Shown here one piece after another: positions 27,460 through 35,929 of a stretch of DNA of 64,000 bases. A model generated the notes under the pieces. It made no database searches. It had not been told where the DNA came from and saw only the letters and a program-made list of their open reading frames with translations. Within the stretch, counting starts at the first letter, position 1; each line of letters opens with the position of its first letter. Location of the stretch: assembly GCA_017616555.1 (NCBI GenBank), contig JAFZXZ010000022.1, positions 16 through 64,015 on the forward strand. Direction: 5' to 3'. The position numbers and the translations under genes were made by a program. The stretch comes from a bacterium. GTDB taxonomy: Bacteria > Auribacterota > UBA3054.

Positions 27460-30192
27460 TTAGTCTATGCGGTGAAGTTCCTCGCGGCACTTCTGGATAC
27501 GGGTATCCAGAACGTCCATGTGGCGCCAGTTAGCCGGAGCCTGGGCCTTCAGGGCAGTGAAGGCATCAAGCGCCTGGCCGTAGTAGAAGCGGGCGTTGAC
27601 CGTGTCGTTCTGGCTCTGGTAAGCTTCCGCTTTCTGCACCAGCGTGTAGGCCTTCTTATAGGAATTGATAAGCGTCGTCTCGCTGGAATAGTCCTTCACG
27701 TTCTTGTCTTCGACCGTCCTCTGGTACTGTTCCTGGCTGATGGCGGTTGAGACGCGGCCGGCCTCGGGCATGGTGCGGATCACAGTGCCTTCGGGCGCTT
27801 TGACGATAGCGTCTTTGTTGTCAGGTTCGTTTTTCTCTTCGGTAAGGCCCTTGGGAAGGACGGAAACAAGCTCTTCGTCGGTTATGGTGACGCCGGTCGT
27901 TTCCTTGACGGGCTTCTCTTCATCGAAAGACGGCTTCGTCACTTCCCTGGTCACGCGGAGACCGCTGTTGGTGGTGACGCTTATCGTAAGGGGCTGTTCC
28001 TTAGGTTCGGTGCTCTGGGGAATTATGCTGTTCACCAGTTCGTCGGCAGGGTTTTCTTTCACTTCCGCTGTAACTTCAGCGGTGGAAAGCTGGGCTCTGG
28101 GCTGCTCTGGCGTCACGATTTCGAAGCTCGGCTTGCTGACCTGCGCGGTCACTTTAACCGTGGGCTCGCTGACGGGAGCGCTCGTTTCGACCTGGAAGGA
28201 AGGAGCGGACGCAGTAGTCGGAGCTGAAAAAGACGGCTGAGTGGGAGCGGGCGTAGAAACGACAGGTTTGGTCTCTATAACGGTCGTCGTTCCGGAAACG
28301 TTGCCGGAGACATCTTTGAAGACCGGAGCAGAGCCGCTGTAACTGTAAGTGGCTTTGGGAGGTTCAGAAACAACGACGGAACTGTTGGCATTGTAGCCGG
28401 ACATTTCGGACGAGGAGACCGTACTGTATTTGGGAGGATCGCTGGTCACAACTTCATCGAAATTCTCAGCCTGGGAGAGCGTCTGCCAATTGGAAGACTG
28501 GATGCGGCTCGTAGGCTGCGTCATGGAAGGCTTCGGAGCTTCCGGAGCAGGAGCGGTAAAAGTCGGTTCCTGCGTCTTGGGCTGTTCGACAACAGCCACC
28601 GTCTTGACTTCTACGGTTTGGGGCTGCGTCTTCACTTCCGTGCCGGGGACGGGCGCCCAAACGTTTTCTATCTTCTGGACCGGCTTGGTCTCGAATTCTT
28701 CCTGCCTGATCTCGGTGACCACAGTCTCGCTCAGAGGCTTCTCCTCTCTCTTGACCTGCTCCTTGACATAGCTGGCGGCCGAGACTTTGCTAACGGGAGG
28801 AGGAACCGCGTCAGGGTTGCTCTGCTGATAAAGTTTCAGCAGCGCGTCGCTGGCCTGCTGGGCTTCGGCTTCCTTCTCGTACTCGTTTTTCATGAAGGAA
28901 GTCAATTCCTGCTTCTTGTTGGGATCCTGGAGATATTCGTTCATGACCTGGCGGGACTGGTTCTGACGCCAGTCGTCACCGGTAGCGGCCATCGTGGAGC
29001 TTGAGCCGCTAAGGGCAGCCGTCCTTTCCACACGCTGGTCTTCCGTTTTGGCGGGATCCTTCTTCAGAGGATAGTTGGAGTTGTCAACGGTGTCGAATGC
29101 ACTGCCGTTATTGGTGATTTCCGGGGTCGTGCCGGAAGCGGTCACAGGGCGCGTCTCGTCAAAGGGAGCGCTTCCTGCTTTGGGTGTTCCGAAAGCGTCG
29201 CTGTCATTGCTCTTGAAAGATCTGACCGCTTCGTCCTGCTCTTTCTGGGAGCTGACGGCGCCGGCATCCGGAGTCGAATCGACGTAGGTCACCTTGTCTT
29301 TCGGCATACCCTGTACGGGTTCGCCCTTCAGGGCGGCCAGGCGCATTTTCGCTTTGTCGGCACAGTCGGTGTCGGGATACTCGGAGACGAGCAGCTCATA
29401 GTGCATAATGGCGGACTTTGCGTGGCCGGAATAGTCGTAATAGTAGGCCTGGTCATAGAGGGACTGGGCCTTGCGGTCTCTGAGCGCGCGGATGTGCTGC
29501 TGAGCGTCGCCCACGTGCTCCGCGGTCGGAAATTCCCTGATGTAGTTGCGGAAACTGGCGATGGCGCGGTCTGTAGAGGTCTGGTCGTAATCTGCCGCCA
29601 CGGCCGCCGCGGAATCGACTATGCCGAGCATGAAAGCGGAATCATCGACCAGCTGTGAAGTCGGGAAATTCTGGCAGACAGCCTCGAATGATTCCCTGGC
29701 CGGACCGTATTTCTTCAGGTTGTACTGGGCCATGCCCAAAGAATACTGAGCGGCCGGAGCGGCTTCGCTGTACGGAGCGTTCTCAAGGATCTTGGAAAAA
29801 ATCTTCTCAGCCACGGAATAGCGCTTGTACTCCATGTAGTGGTTGCCGATCCTCATCTGGTTGCGGGTGATGACCTGCATCTTGGAGAATTCCTTGTGAT
29901 TGTCCCAGATCTGCTGGTAAGCCTCGAAGGCCGCGTACGGGTCGCCGAGCTTGTTCTCGCAAAGCGCGATGTACTCCCAGCCTCTAACAGCTCTGGAGGA
30001 ACGGGGGAAGTCTTCCTGCATCTTGCGGAAAAGTTTAAGAGCGCCGGAATAATCGCCGGTCTCATAAGCCGTGACACCCTGCTGGAAAAGGGACGAGGCT
30101 GTTTGGGCCGCGTTTTCAGCCGCGGCAGATGACAGGCAGACGACCGTTAGAAGGGCGATAAGGCAAACGGTGCGCAAAAATAGAGATTTCAT
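27460..30192 (-). CDS. BamD/YfiO-like TPR protein with a roughly 500-aa low-complexity P/T/S/E/V-rich region and a C-terminal TPR-like cap (910 aa)
   Basis: Signal peptide. The N-terminal ~290 aa have BamD-like TPR repeats (FQQGVTAYETGDYSGALKLFRKMQEDFP...AQYSLGMAQYNLKKYGPARESFEAVCQNFP...). A long disordered middle follows. Confidence 0.6.
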   Translation of the reverse strand: MKSLFLRTVCLIALLTVVCLSSAAAENAAQTASSLFQQGVTAYETGDYSGALKLFRKMQEDFPRSSRAVRGWEYIALCENKLGDPYAAFEAYQQIWDNHKEFSKMQVITRNQMRIGNHYMEYKRYSVAEKIFSKILENAPYSEAAPAAQYSLGMAQYNLKKYGPARESFEAVCQNFPTSQLVDDSAFMLGIVDSAAAVAADYDQTSTDRAIASFRNYIREFPTAEHVGDAQQHIRALRDRKAQSLYDQAYYYDYSGHAKSAIMHYELLVSEYPDTDCADKAKMRLAALKGEPVQGMPKDKVTYVDSTPDAGAVSSQKEQDEAVRSFKSNDSDAFGTPKAGSAPFDETRPVTASGTTPEITNNGSAFDTVDNSNYPLKKDPAKTEDQRVERTAALSGSSSTMAATGDDWRQNQSRQVMNEYLQDPNKKQELTSFMKNEYEKEAEAQQASDALLKLYQQSNPDAVPPPVSKVSAASYVKEQVKREEKPLSETVVTEIRQEEFETKPVQKIENVWAPVPGTEVKTQPQTVEVKTVAVVEQPKTQEPTFTAPAPEAPKPSMTQPTSRIQSSNWQTLSQAENFDEVVTSDPPKYSTVSSSEMSGYNANSSVVVSEPPKATYSYSGSAPVFKDVSGNVSGTTTVIETKPVVSTPAPTQPSFSAPTTASAPSFQVETSAPVSEPTVKVTAQVSKPSFEIVTPEQPRAQLSTAEVTAEVKENPADELVNSIIPQSTEPKEQPLTISVTTNSGLRVTREVTKPSFDEEKPVKETTGVTITDEELVSVLPKGLTEEKNEPDNKDAIVKAPEGTVIRTMPEAGRVSTAISQEQYQRTVEDKNVKDYSSETTLINSYKKAYTLVQKAEAYQSQNDTVNARFYYGQALDAFTALKAQAPANWRHMDVLDTRIQKCREELHRID

Positions 30193-30232
30193 ATGCGTCT
30201 CCTTGCGGAAAAATTTATCGGTCTTTCAAATA

Positions 30233-30907
30233 TTATTTTTCGCTTTCAGCTTCAGAACCGGCTTCCTCGGCGGCTTCTTCGGGATAATTCCCGTTTTTGC
30301 GCCAGATGGAAGCGGTGACATCCTCAAGAAGCGGAGAATCCTTGAGATCCTCGAGTTCCTTGGCTACGGCAAGGGCTTCGTCGTCCTTACCCTGCAGGAC
30401 GTAGATCTTGAAGAGCAGATATTTGGCGTTCTGGGCGTGGGGACCCTTCATCAGTTTTTCATTGAGCACGTTCACAGCCTGGTCGTATTCGCCCTCGCCC
30501 ATGTAGCAGCGGGCCACGCAGAGCCAGGCGGCGTCAGCGTACTCGTCATTGGGATATTCTTTGGCGACTCTCGTGTAGTAATCCCTGGCGAGCGTGTAAT
30601 TCGTCGAGGAGGTCGCATCGGCAGCCAGCCTCAGAAGAGCGCTCTTGGCGCCATGGGTCCCGGGATATTTGCTGGGGATCTCAGCGAGAGCTATGGTATT
30701 TGTTCCGGCATTGGCCAAATTGTTCTCGGCGTTGGCCTTTTTCGTGTTCTTATTATTGATGATCTGATAGACTGCCACACAGACGACGAGCAGTATCAAA
30801 ATGCCTAAAAGAATGGAATTGCGTTTTTTGACCACAGTGACCGTGATCTTCTCGAGTTCTTCATGCACCGCGTCGTGACGCAGTTCCTTTTTTGTTAAAC
30901 CAGCCAT
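30233..30907 (-). CDS. membrane-anchored TPR protein (YfgM-like)
   Basis: Single N-terminal TM (ILLGILILLVVCVAVY), then TPRs (ARDYYTRVAKEYPNDEYADAAWLCVARCYMGEGEYDQA) and an acidic tail. Confidence 0.5.
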   Translation of the reverse strand: MAGLTKKELRHDAVHEELEKITVTVVKKRNSILLGILILLVVCVAVYQIINNKNTKKANAENNLANAGTNTIALAEIPSKYPGTHGAKSALLRLAADATSSTNYTLARDYYTRVAKEYPNDEYADAAWLCVARCYMGEGEYDQAVNVLNEKLMKGPHAQNAKYLLFKIYVLQGKDDEALAVAKELEDLKDSPLLEDVTASIWRKNGNYPEEAAEEAGSEAESEK

Positions 30908-30970
30908 ATTGCTCCTAAATGCGGAGGTTGTGTTAATTGATCTTTTCCCGCCCCAGCCTTCCGGGCAGAC

Positions 30971-31044
30971 TATCCTCGGCCGGATTCGAACCGGCGACCT
31001 ACGGTTTAGGAAACCGTCGCTCTATCCTGCTGAGCTACGAGGAC
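30971..31044 (-). tRNA. tRNA-Arg (anticodon CCT)
   Basis: Hand-folded 74-nt cloverleaf: acceptor GTCCTCG/CGAGGAT (G1:U72), D-arm GCTC/GAGC, anticodon arm ACGGT-TTCCTAA-ACCGT, T-arm GCCGG-TTCGAAT-CCGGC. No encoded CCA. Confidence 0.9.
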
Positions 31045-31178
31045 AGTCTATGCCTGAAAACTTTAAGGCAAATTAAATTCTATTCGTTTATGTTACCAAA
31101 AGACCTTTTTATGTTCAAGACTCCTTTCTGGGACGCCCGGCTCTTCGCGAGTTGAAGTCCTTGCGCCGCAAGGTGTGT

Positions 31179-31207
31179 TTGCATTCCACGACCCCTTTTG
31201 ATATAAT
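31179..31207 (+). promoter_or_regulatory. sigma70-type promoter upstream of rpsO
   Basis: TTGCAT, 17-nt spacer, TATAAT. It lies about 120 nt upstream of the rpsO ATG. Confidence 0.55.
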
Positions 31208-31329
31208 CCTTACAATTCAAAAAATTAAGAAGGAATATTTTTGCCCTATCCTCGGTTAACATCTGGTTGTTGGCTTAGAGTGGGGTGTATTGCGTCCCAA
31301 AAGGGGCGCCAACATAAAGGAGGCTATTT

Positions 31330-31599
31330 ATGCCTATCACAGTTGAACGCAAGCAGGAAGTCATGCAGAAATTCGCTCTGCACGACAAGGACACGGGTTC
31401 CTCCGACGTCCAGATCGCTCTCATGACGGAGCGTATCTCCCACATCCAGGAGCACCTCAAACAGTTCCCGAAGGACAACAACTCCAGAAGGGGCCTTTTG
31501 AAACTGGTCGCCAAGCGCAGGAAACTACTCGATTATCTGCGCGCCACGGCGGAAGACCGTTACAAAGCGCTGCTTGAACAGCTCAACATCCGTAAGTAA
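31330..31599 (+). CDS. rpsO: 30S ribosomal protein S15
   Basis: 89 aa with AAGGAGG upstream; [22 protein letters not shown]...[18 protein letters not shown]. Confidence 0.95.
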   Translation: MPITVERKQEVMQKFALHDKDTGSSDVQIALMTERISHIQEHLKQFPKDNNSRRGLLKLVAKRRKLLDYLRATAEDRYKALLEQLNIRK

Positions 31600-31608
31600 T
31601 TACGGGCA

Positions 31609-31642
31609 ACGCGCGGGCCTGATCTGTTTTAGGTCCGCGCGT
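31609..31642 (+). terminator. rpsO-pnp intergenic hairpin (attenuator/terminator or RNase processing site)
   Basis: 12-bp stem acgcgcgggcct/aggtccgcgcgt (one G:U pair), 10-nt loop, followed by a T/A-rich tract. Confidence 0.5.
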
Positions 31643-31676
31643 TTAAACTTTAATTAATGTTTGGAGTCTTTTTTTT

Positions 31677-33890
31677 ATGGTTTCCCAAGTAGAAACGCAA
31701 TTTTTGGGCAAAACGCTCAAGATCGAGACCGGCCGCATCGCCCGCCAGGCCCACGGCGCCGTTATTTTAAGCTACGATGATCTAGTGCTGCTGGCGACCG
31801 CCGTCTCCCCTTACGAAGTTAAAGAGGATACCGATTTCTTTCCTTTGACAGTCGATTACCGTGAACGCTTCCCGGCCGTCGGAAAATTCCCGGGCGGATA
31901 TATGAAACGCGAGAACCGTCCCACGGACAAAGAGATACTTACCATGCGCTGCATCGACAGGCCCATGCGTCCCCTTTTCCCGGCCGACTATTACAACGAG
32001 GTGCAGATCATGCTCCAGGTCTTAAGCGCCAAGCGCGACGTGGACCCCGACACCATGGCTGTGACCGCCGCCTCCGCGGCTGTCGCCGTTTCCGATATTC
32101 CCTTCGCCTGCACGCTGGCGGCCGTCCGGGTCGTCAAAGTTGACGGCGAACTCATCATAAACCCGAACGACGAGCAGCGCGCCAAGGCGACGCTCGACTT
32201 CGTGGTCGCCGGCTCCGCCACTAAGGTCGTGATGATCGAGGGCGAGGCCAAGCAGGCCCCGGAAGCCGACGTAACGGAAGCGATCGCCTTCGCCTTCAAG
32301 GAGCTCCAGCCCCTCATCAAGGCCCAGGACGAACTGGCCGCCAAAATTGGCGTCGTTAAACGCGAATACACGCACATCAAGGCCGGCGAAAAAGCTATGT
32401 CCGTCTGCGAAACGTACCGCGACCGCATCACGGAAGCCCTGAGGATCCCCGGCAAAGCCGAGCGCAACGATAAGCTCGCCGAATTGAGGAAAGCTTACGT
32501 CGAGGAAGTCCAAGCTCTTGAAGAGTGCGCCGAGGAGAACGTGATCGCCCTGAACGTGGCCTTCGAAGACCTGACCGGCGTCTGCTTGAGGAAGCTCATC
32601 AGGAATGAAGGGCACAGAGTGGACGGCCGCGGCCTCGACGAGATCCGCCCCATCACCTGCGAAACAGGTTTCCTCCCCCGCTGCCACGGCTCCGCCCTCT
32701 TCACCAGAGGCGAAACGCAGGCGCTCGTTACCTTAACGCTCGGCACGGCCGACGACGCCCAGGGCGTCGAGGGCCTGGCCGGCGAAACTCAGAAGAAGTT
32801 CATGCTGCACTACACCTTCCCGCCGTACTCCGTCGGCGAAGCCAGGCCCTTGAGAGGCCCCGGCCGCCGCGAGATCGGCCACGGCAATTTGGCGGAGCGC
32901 AGCCTGAAATTCCTCGTTCCCGAAGATTTTGACTACACCATCCGCATCACCAGCGACATCACGGAATCCAACGGCTCTTCCTCCATGGCTTCCGTCTGCG
33001 GCGGCTGCCTCTCCCTTATGGACGCCGGCGTCCCCATCGACGCTCCGGTGGCAGGCATCTCCGTAGGACTGGTGGCTGATGACGACGAATACACCCTTAT
33101 CACCGACATCGTCGGCGACGAGGACCACTACGGACATATGGACTTCAAGGTGGCCGGCTCCAAGAAAGGCGTGACCGGCGTCCAGGTCGACCTCAAAGTG
33201 GAAGGCCTGCCCGTCGATCTTCTGCCCGCCATCTTCGAAAGAGCCCGCAGCGCCAGGCTTAGGATCCTTGACATCATGGCCAAGGAACTGCCCGCGCCGA
33301 GGCCCGAACTCTCGCCCCTAGCTCCCAAGATCCTGACGATCAAGATCCCGGTCGACAAGATCGGCGCCCTCATAGGCCCCGGCGGCAAGAACGTCCGCGC
33401 CATCCAGGAACAGACCGGCACAACGATCAGTATCGAGGACGACGGCACCGTCCAGATCGCCGGCGACTCCCTTGAGATCGCCCAGAAAGGCAAAGAGATC
33501 GTGGAATCCATGATGGCGACCGCTGAGATCGGGAAGATCTATCACGGCACCGTCACGAGGCTCATGAGCTTCGGCGCCTTCGTGAAGATCCTGCCCGACG
33601 TGGAAGGCATGGTCCATATCAGCGAGATCAGAGACGAGCGCGTCGATAGAATCGAAGACGTCCTGAAAGAAGGCGACGAAGTTGACGTCCGCGTCATCGA
33701 GATCGACGACAAGGGCCGCGTCAACCTCTCCATGAAGCATCTTGACGAGCCCTTCGACCCCACGAAGGTCAAGAGCCGCAATCAGAAGGACAGCGAACGC
33801 CGCGGCCGCTCGGAAGGCGGACGCCCCCGCCGCGAAGACAGGCGCCCCCGCCGCCAGCAGAGAGAGGAGAGCCAGGACGACAATGCCTGA
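31677..33890 (+). CDS. pnp: polynucleotide phosphorylase
   Basis: Two RNase PH domains, KH ([22 protein letters not shown]) and S1 ([18 protein letters not shown]). Adds an Arg-rich C-terminal tail. Confidence 0.95.
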   Translation: MVSQVETQFLGKTLKIETGRIARQAHGAVILSYDDLVLLATAVSPYEVKEDTDFFPLTVDYRERFPAVGKFPGGYMKRENRPTDKEILTMRCIDRPMRPLFPADYYNEVQIMLQVLSAKRDVDPDTMAVTAASAAVAVSDIPFACTLAAVRVVKVDGELIINPNDEQRAKATLDFVVAGSATKVVMIEGEAKQAPEADVTEAIAFAFKELQPLIKAQDELAAKIGVVKREYTHIKAGEKAMSVCETYRDRITEALRIPGKAERNDKLAELRKAYVEEVQALEECAEENVIALNVAFEDLTGVCLRKLIRNEGHRVDGRGLDEIRPITCETGFLPRCHGSALFTRGETQALVTLTLGTADDAQGVEGLAGETQKKFMLHYTFPPYSVGEARPLRGPGRREIGHGNLAERSLKFLVPEDFDYTIRITSDITESNGSSSMASVCGGCLSLMDAGVPIDAPVAGISVGLVADDDEYTLITDIVGDEDHYGHMDFKVAGSKKGVTGVQVDLKVEGLPVDLLPAIFERARSARLRILDIMAKELPAPRPELSPLAPKILTIKIPVDKIGALIGPGGKNVRAIQEQTGTTISIEDDGTVQIAGDSLEIAQKGKEIVESMMATAEIGKIYHGTVTRLMSFGAFVKILPDVEGMVHISEIRDERVDRIEDVLKEGDEVDVRVIEIDDKGRVNLSMKHLDEPFDPTKVKSRNQKDSERRGRSEGGRPRREDRRPRRQQREESQDDNA

Positions 33891-34350
33891 TCATTCTGTC
33901 AGCATTCGCTTCCTAAGGCTTCCTGGAACGGAAGACCTGCCTCTCCCCTGCTATCAGACCGAAGGTTCCAGCGGACTGGACGTCTGCGCAGCCAATCATG
34001 AGGACATCGTTCTTGAGCCCGGAGGATTCGCTATGATTCCGACCGGGCTCAAGGCTGCTGTTCCCCTTGGTTACGAGATACAGGTGAGGCCAAGGAGCGG
34101 TTTGGCCGCCAAGCATGGCATCGGCGTCGTCAACGGTCCCGGGACCGTGGATTCCGACTACAGAGGAGAGATCCGCGTCATATTGATCAATTTTGGAAAA
34201 GAACCTTTCACCGTCACCCGCGGCATGCGCATCGCCCAGTTCGTAGTTCAGAAAGTCGAGAGGGCGAATATCCAGCCCTGTTCGAGCGAAGAGGAACTGG
34301 GAGAGACCGCGCGCGGAGCAGGCGGTTTCGGACACACAGGAATATTGTAA
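33883..34350 (+). CDS. dut: dUTP diphosphatase
   Basis: Motifs [30 protein letters not shown] and [10 protein letters not shown]. Start set at ATG 33883, which overlaps the pnp stop by 8 nt, rather than at the track's 33742. Confidence 0.9.
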   Translation: MPDHSVSIRFLRLPGTEDLPLPCYQTEGSSGLDVCAANHEDIVLEPGGFAMIPTGLKAAVPLGYEIQVRPRSGLAAKHGIGVVNGPGTVDSDYRGEIRVILINFGKEPFTVTRGMRIAQFVVQKVERANIQPCSSEEELGETARGAGGFGHTGIL

Positions 34351-34406
34351 AATAGAATTGAAGACTCCGTTAGGGAAATCATAAATAATCTCGAAGCGAG
34401 GAAATT

Positions 34407-35915
34407 ATGAAAAAAGTCATTGCTCTTACCCTAGTCCTTATCTTCTCAGGCGCGCTTCTCGCCGCCCATGACGAGCCGCCGAAAGTCCTGCAGGTCAAAA
34501 AGACCGTAGGCCAGGTCGAGTCCAGCGGCACCGCCATTACGCTCTACACCCGTCTTTTCGGGCTCGACACGCCCGAAGGCGTGAACGAACATTACAACCG
34601 CTTCAGGCTCTACGACTCCGACACTGTCGCCAACGCTGACAAGAGCCCCATCCCGAAACGCGCCTTAGAATTTACCAAGACAAAAAAATACCGCCAGATG
34701 TACGGCTCCGACCTTACGCTGACCGGCGAGTATTTCATCATCACCGGCCCGAGCTTCAGTATGTCCGTGGTCGAGGATAAACCGAAGCGTTCTTCGAATG
34801 CCGAAAGGCTGCAGATGCTCCTCGACGCCGCGGAATCCAATTACGTTGCCGTGACGGAAAAGCTGATAGTCGGCGAGTTCATGGACTGGTCAGACAATCC
34901 TGCGCGCATTTTTGTGATCCCCAACCAAGCCATGTGGCTGAGATTAAGGGATCCCCAGTCCGCCGAACAAGTCTGCGCCAACTACTGCACAAGCGACGTC
35001 TCCCGCGAGATCGCGATCCTGGACGACGCCAGCTGCTCGGAATACGTTTCCCAGACTCTCTGCTACGCCGTGACGGAACAGATCCTGAAAGAATACGGCC
35101 GCGTGCTTTCCGGCCGTCCTGACTCCAAGCTCCCGCTCTTTTTGATGACCGGCATCGCCGGCTATCTCTCCGGGCTGGAAGTCTGCGTCGCTCCCCCGGC
35201 TTTTATTCCTGTGCAGGTCAGGGAAGTGGTTATAAACGGCAAAGCCAAGAAGATCAAAAGGCCGAAAGTTGGCATCATGCTCCCCTTGCAGGCCAAGCGC
35301 CTCCTGCCCTTCAATGAACTGAAAGACGCCCAGACGCTGCCTCAGCTTCCGGAACAGAAATATTACTTCCTCCGGGAATCCAGGGGCGTTGTTGAGAAAC
35401 TTTGGAAAGAATCTCCCCTGGGCATGCTCAGCCTTATCCGCGCCCTCAGCTCGGGCCGCAGCTTCGACAAGGAATTCAGTCTTTCCTACTGCGAGATGCA
35501 GCGCGGCATCATCGGCACGGAAGTCAAGGAGCAGAAACCTACCACGAACGCTGTTGTCGTCGGTGAAGCCGACCTCAAATATTTGGAGAAAGCCAGCAAC
35601 CGTCTCTTCTACGAAATGACGCAGGAGAAGATGACTGAGGACATCCAAAAGGCCAAGAAGGCCAAGGAAGAGGCCAAGAAGGCTGAAGAAGCCAACGGCG
35701 AAGCCCCTGCCGAAGGCGAAGCGAAACCGGCCGAAGAAACTGAAGGCGCTGAAAAAGCCACCGAAGGAACCGCGGAAGCCGAAGCTAAAACGGAGGAAGC
35801 CGCCGCTCCTGAAAAAGCTCCGGAAACGGCAAAGGAACCCGAACCCGAAGCTACTTCCGAAACTGAAGCTCCCAAAGAGGACGCCAAACCCGAAACTGAA
35901 AGTTCTAACTCTTAA
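34407..35915 (+). CDS. secreted protein of unknown function with an E/K/A-rich tail (paralog a)
   Basis: Signal peptide MKKVIALTLVLIFSGALLA. Collinear weak similarity to the next gene. C-terminal KAKKAKEEAKKAEEANGEAPAEGEAKPAEE low complexity. Confidence 0.7.
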   Translation: MKKVIALTLVLIFSGALLAAHDEPPKVLQVKKTVGQVESSGTAITLYTRLFGLDTPEGVNEHYNRFRLYDSDTVANADKSPIPKRALEFTKTKKYRQMYGSDLTLTGEYFIITGPSFSMSVVEDKPKRSSNAERLQMLLDAAESNYVAVTEKLIVGEFMDWSDNPARIFVIPNQAMWLRLRDPQSAEQVCANYCTSDVSREIAILDDASCSEYVSQTLCYAVTEQILKEYGRVLSGRPDSKLPLFLMTGIAGYLSGLEVCVAPPAFIPVQVREVVINGKAKKIKRPKVGIMLPLQAKRLLPFNELKDAQTLPQLPEQKYYFLRESRGVVEKLWKESPLGMLSLIRALSSGRSFDKEFSLSYCEMQRGIIGTEVKEQKPTTNAVVVGEADLKYLEKASNRLFYEMTQEKMTEDIQKAKKAKEEAKKAEEANGEAPAEGEAKPAEETEGAEKATEGTAEAEAKTEEAAAPEKAPETAKEPEPEATSETEAPKEDAKPETESSNS

Positions 35916-35929
35916 GTGAGGTCACGAAT

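Noticed and set aside
31045-31329. Small ORFs (60-72 aa) in the tRNA-Arg / rpsO intergenic region
   Set aside because: They have no RBS and overlap the tRNA or the promoter/leader. The region is better explained as regulatory.
33742-33882. Upstream 47-codon extension of the dut ORF
   Set aside because: It lies entirely within the pnp tail in another frame and encodes an R/A-rich peptide. The conserved dUTPase N-terminus begins at ATG 33883.
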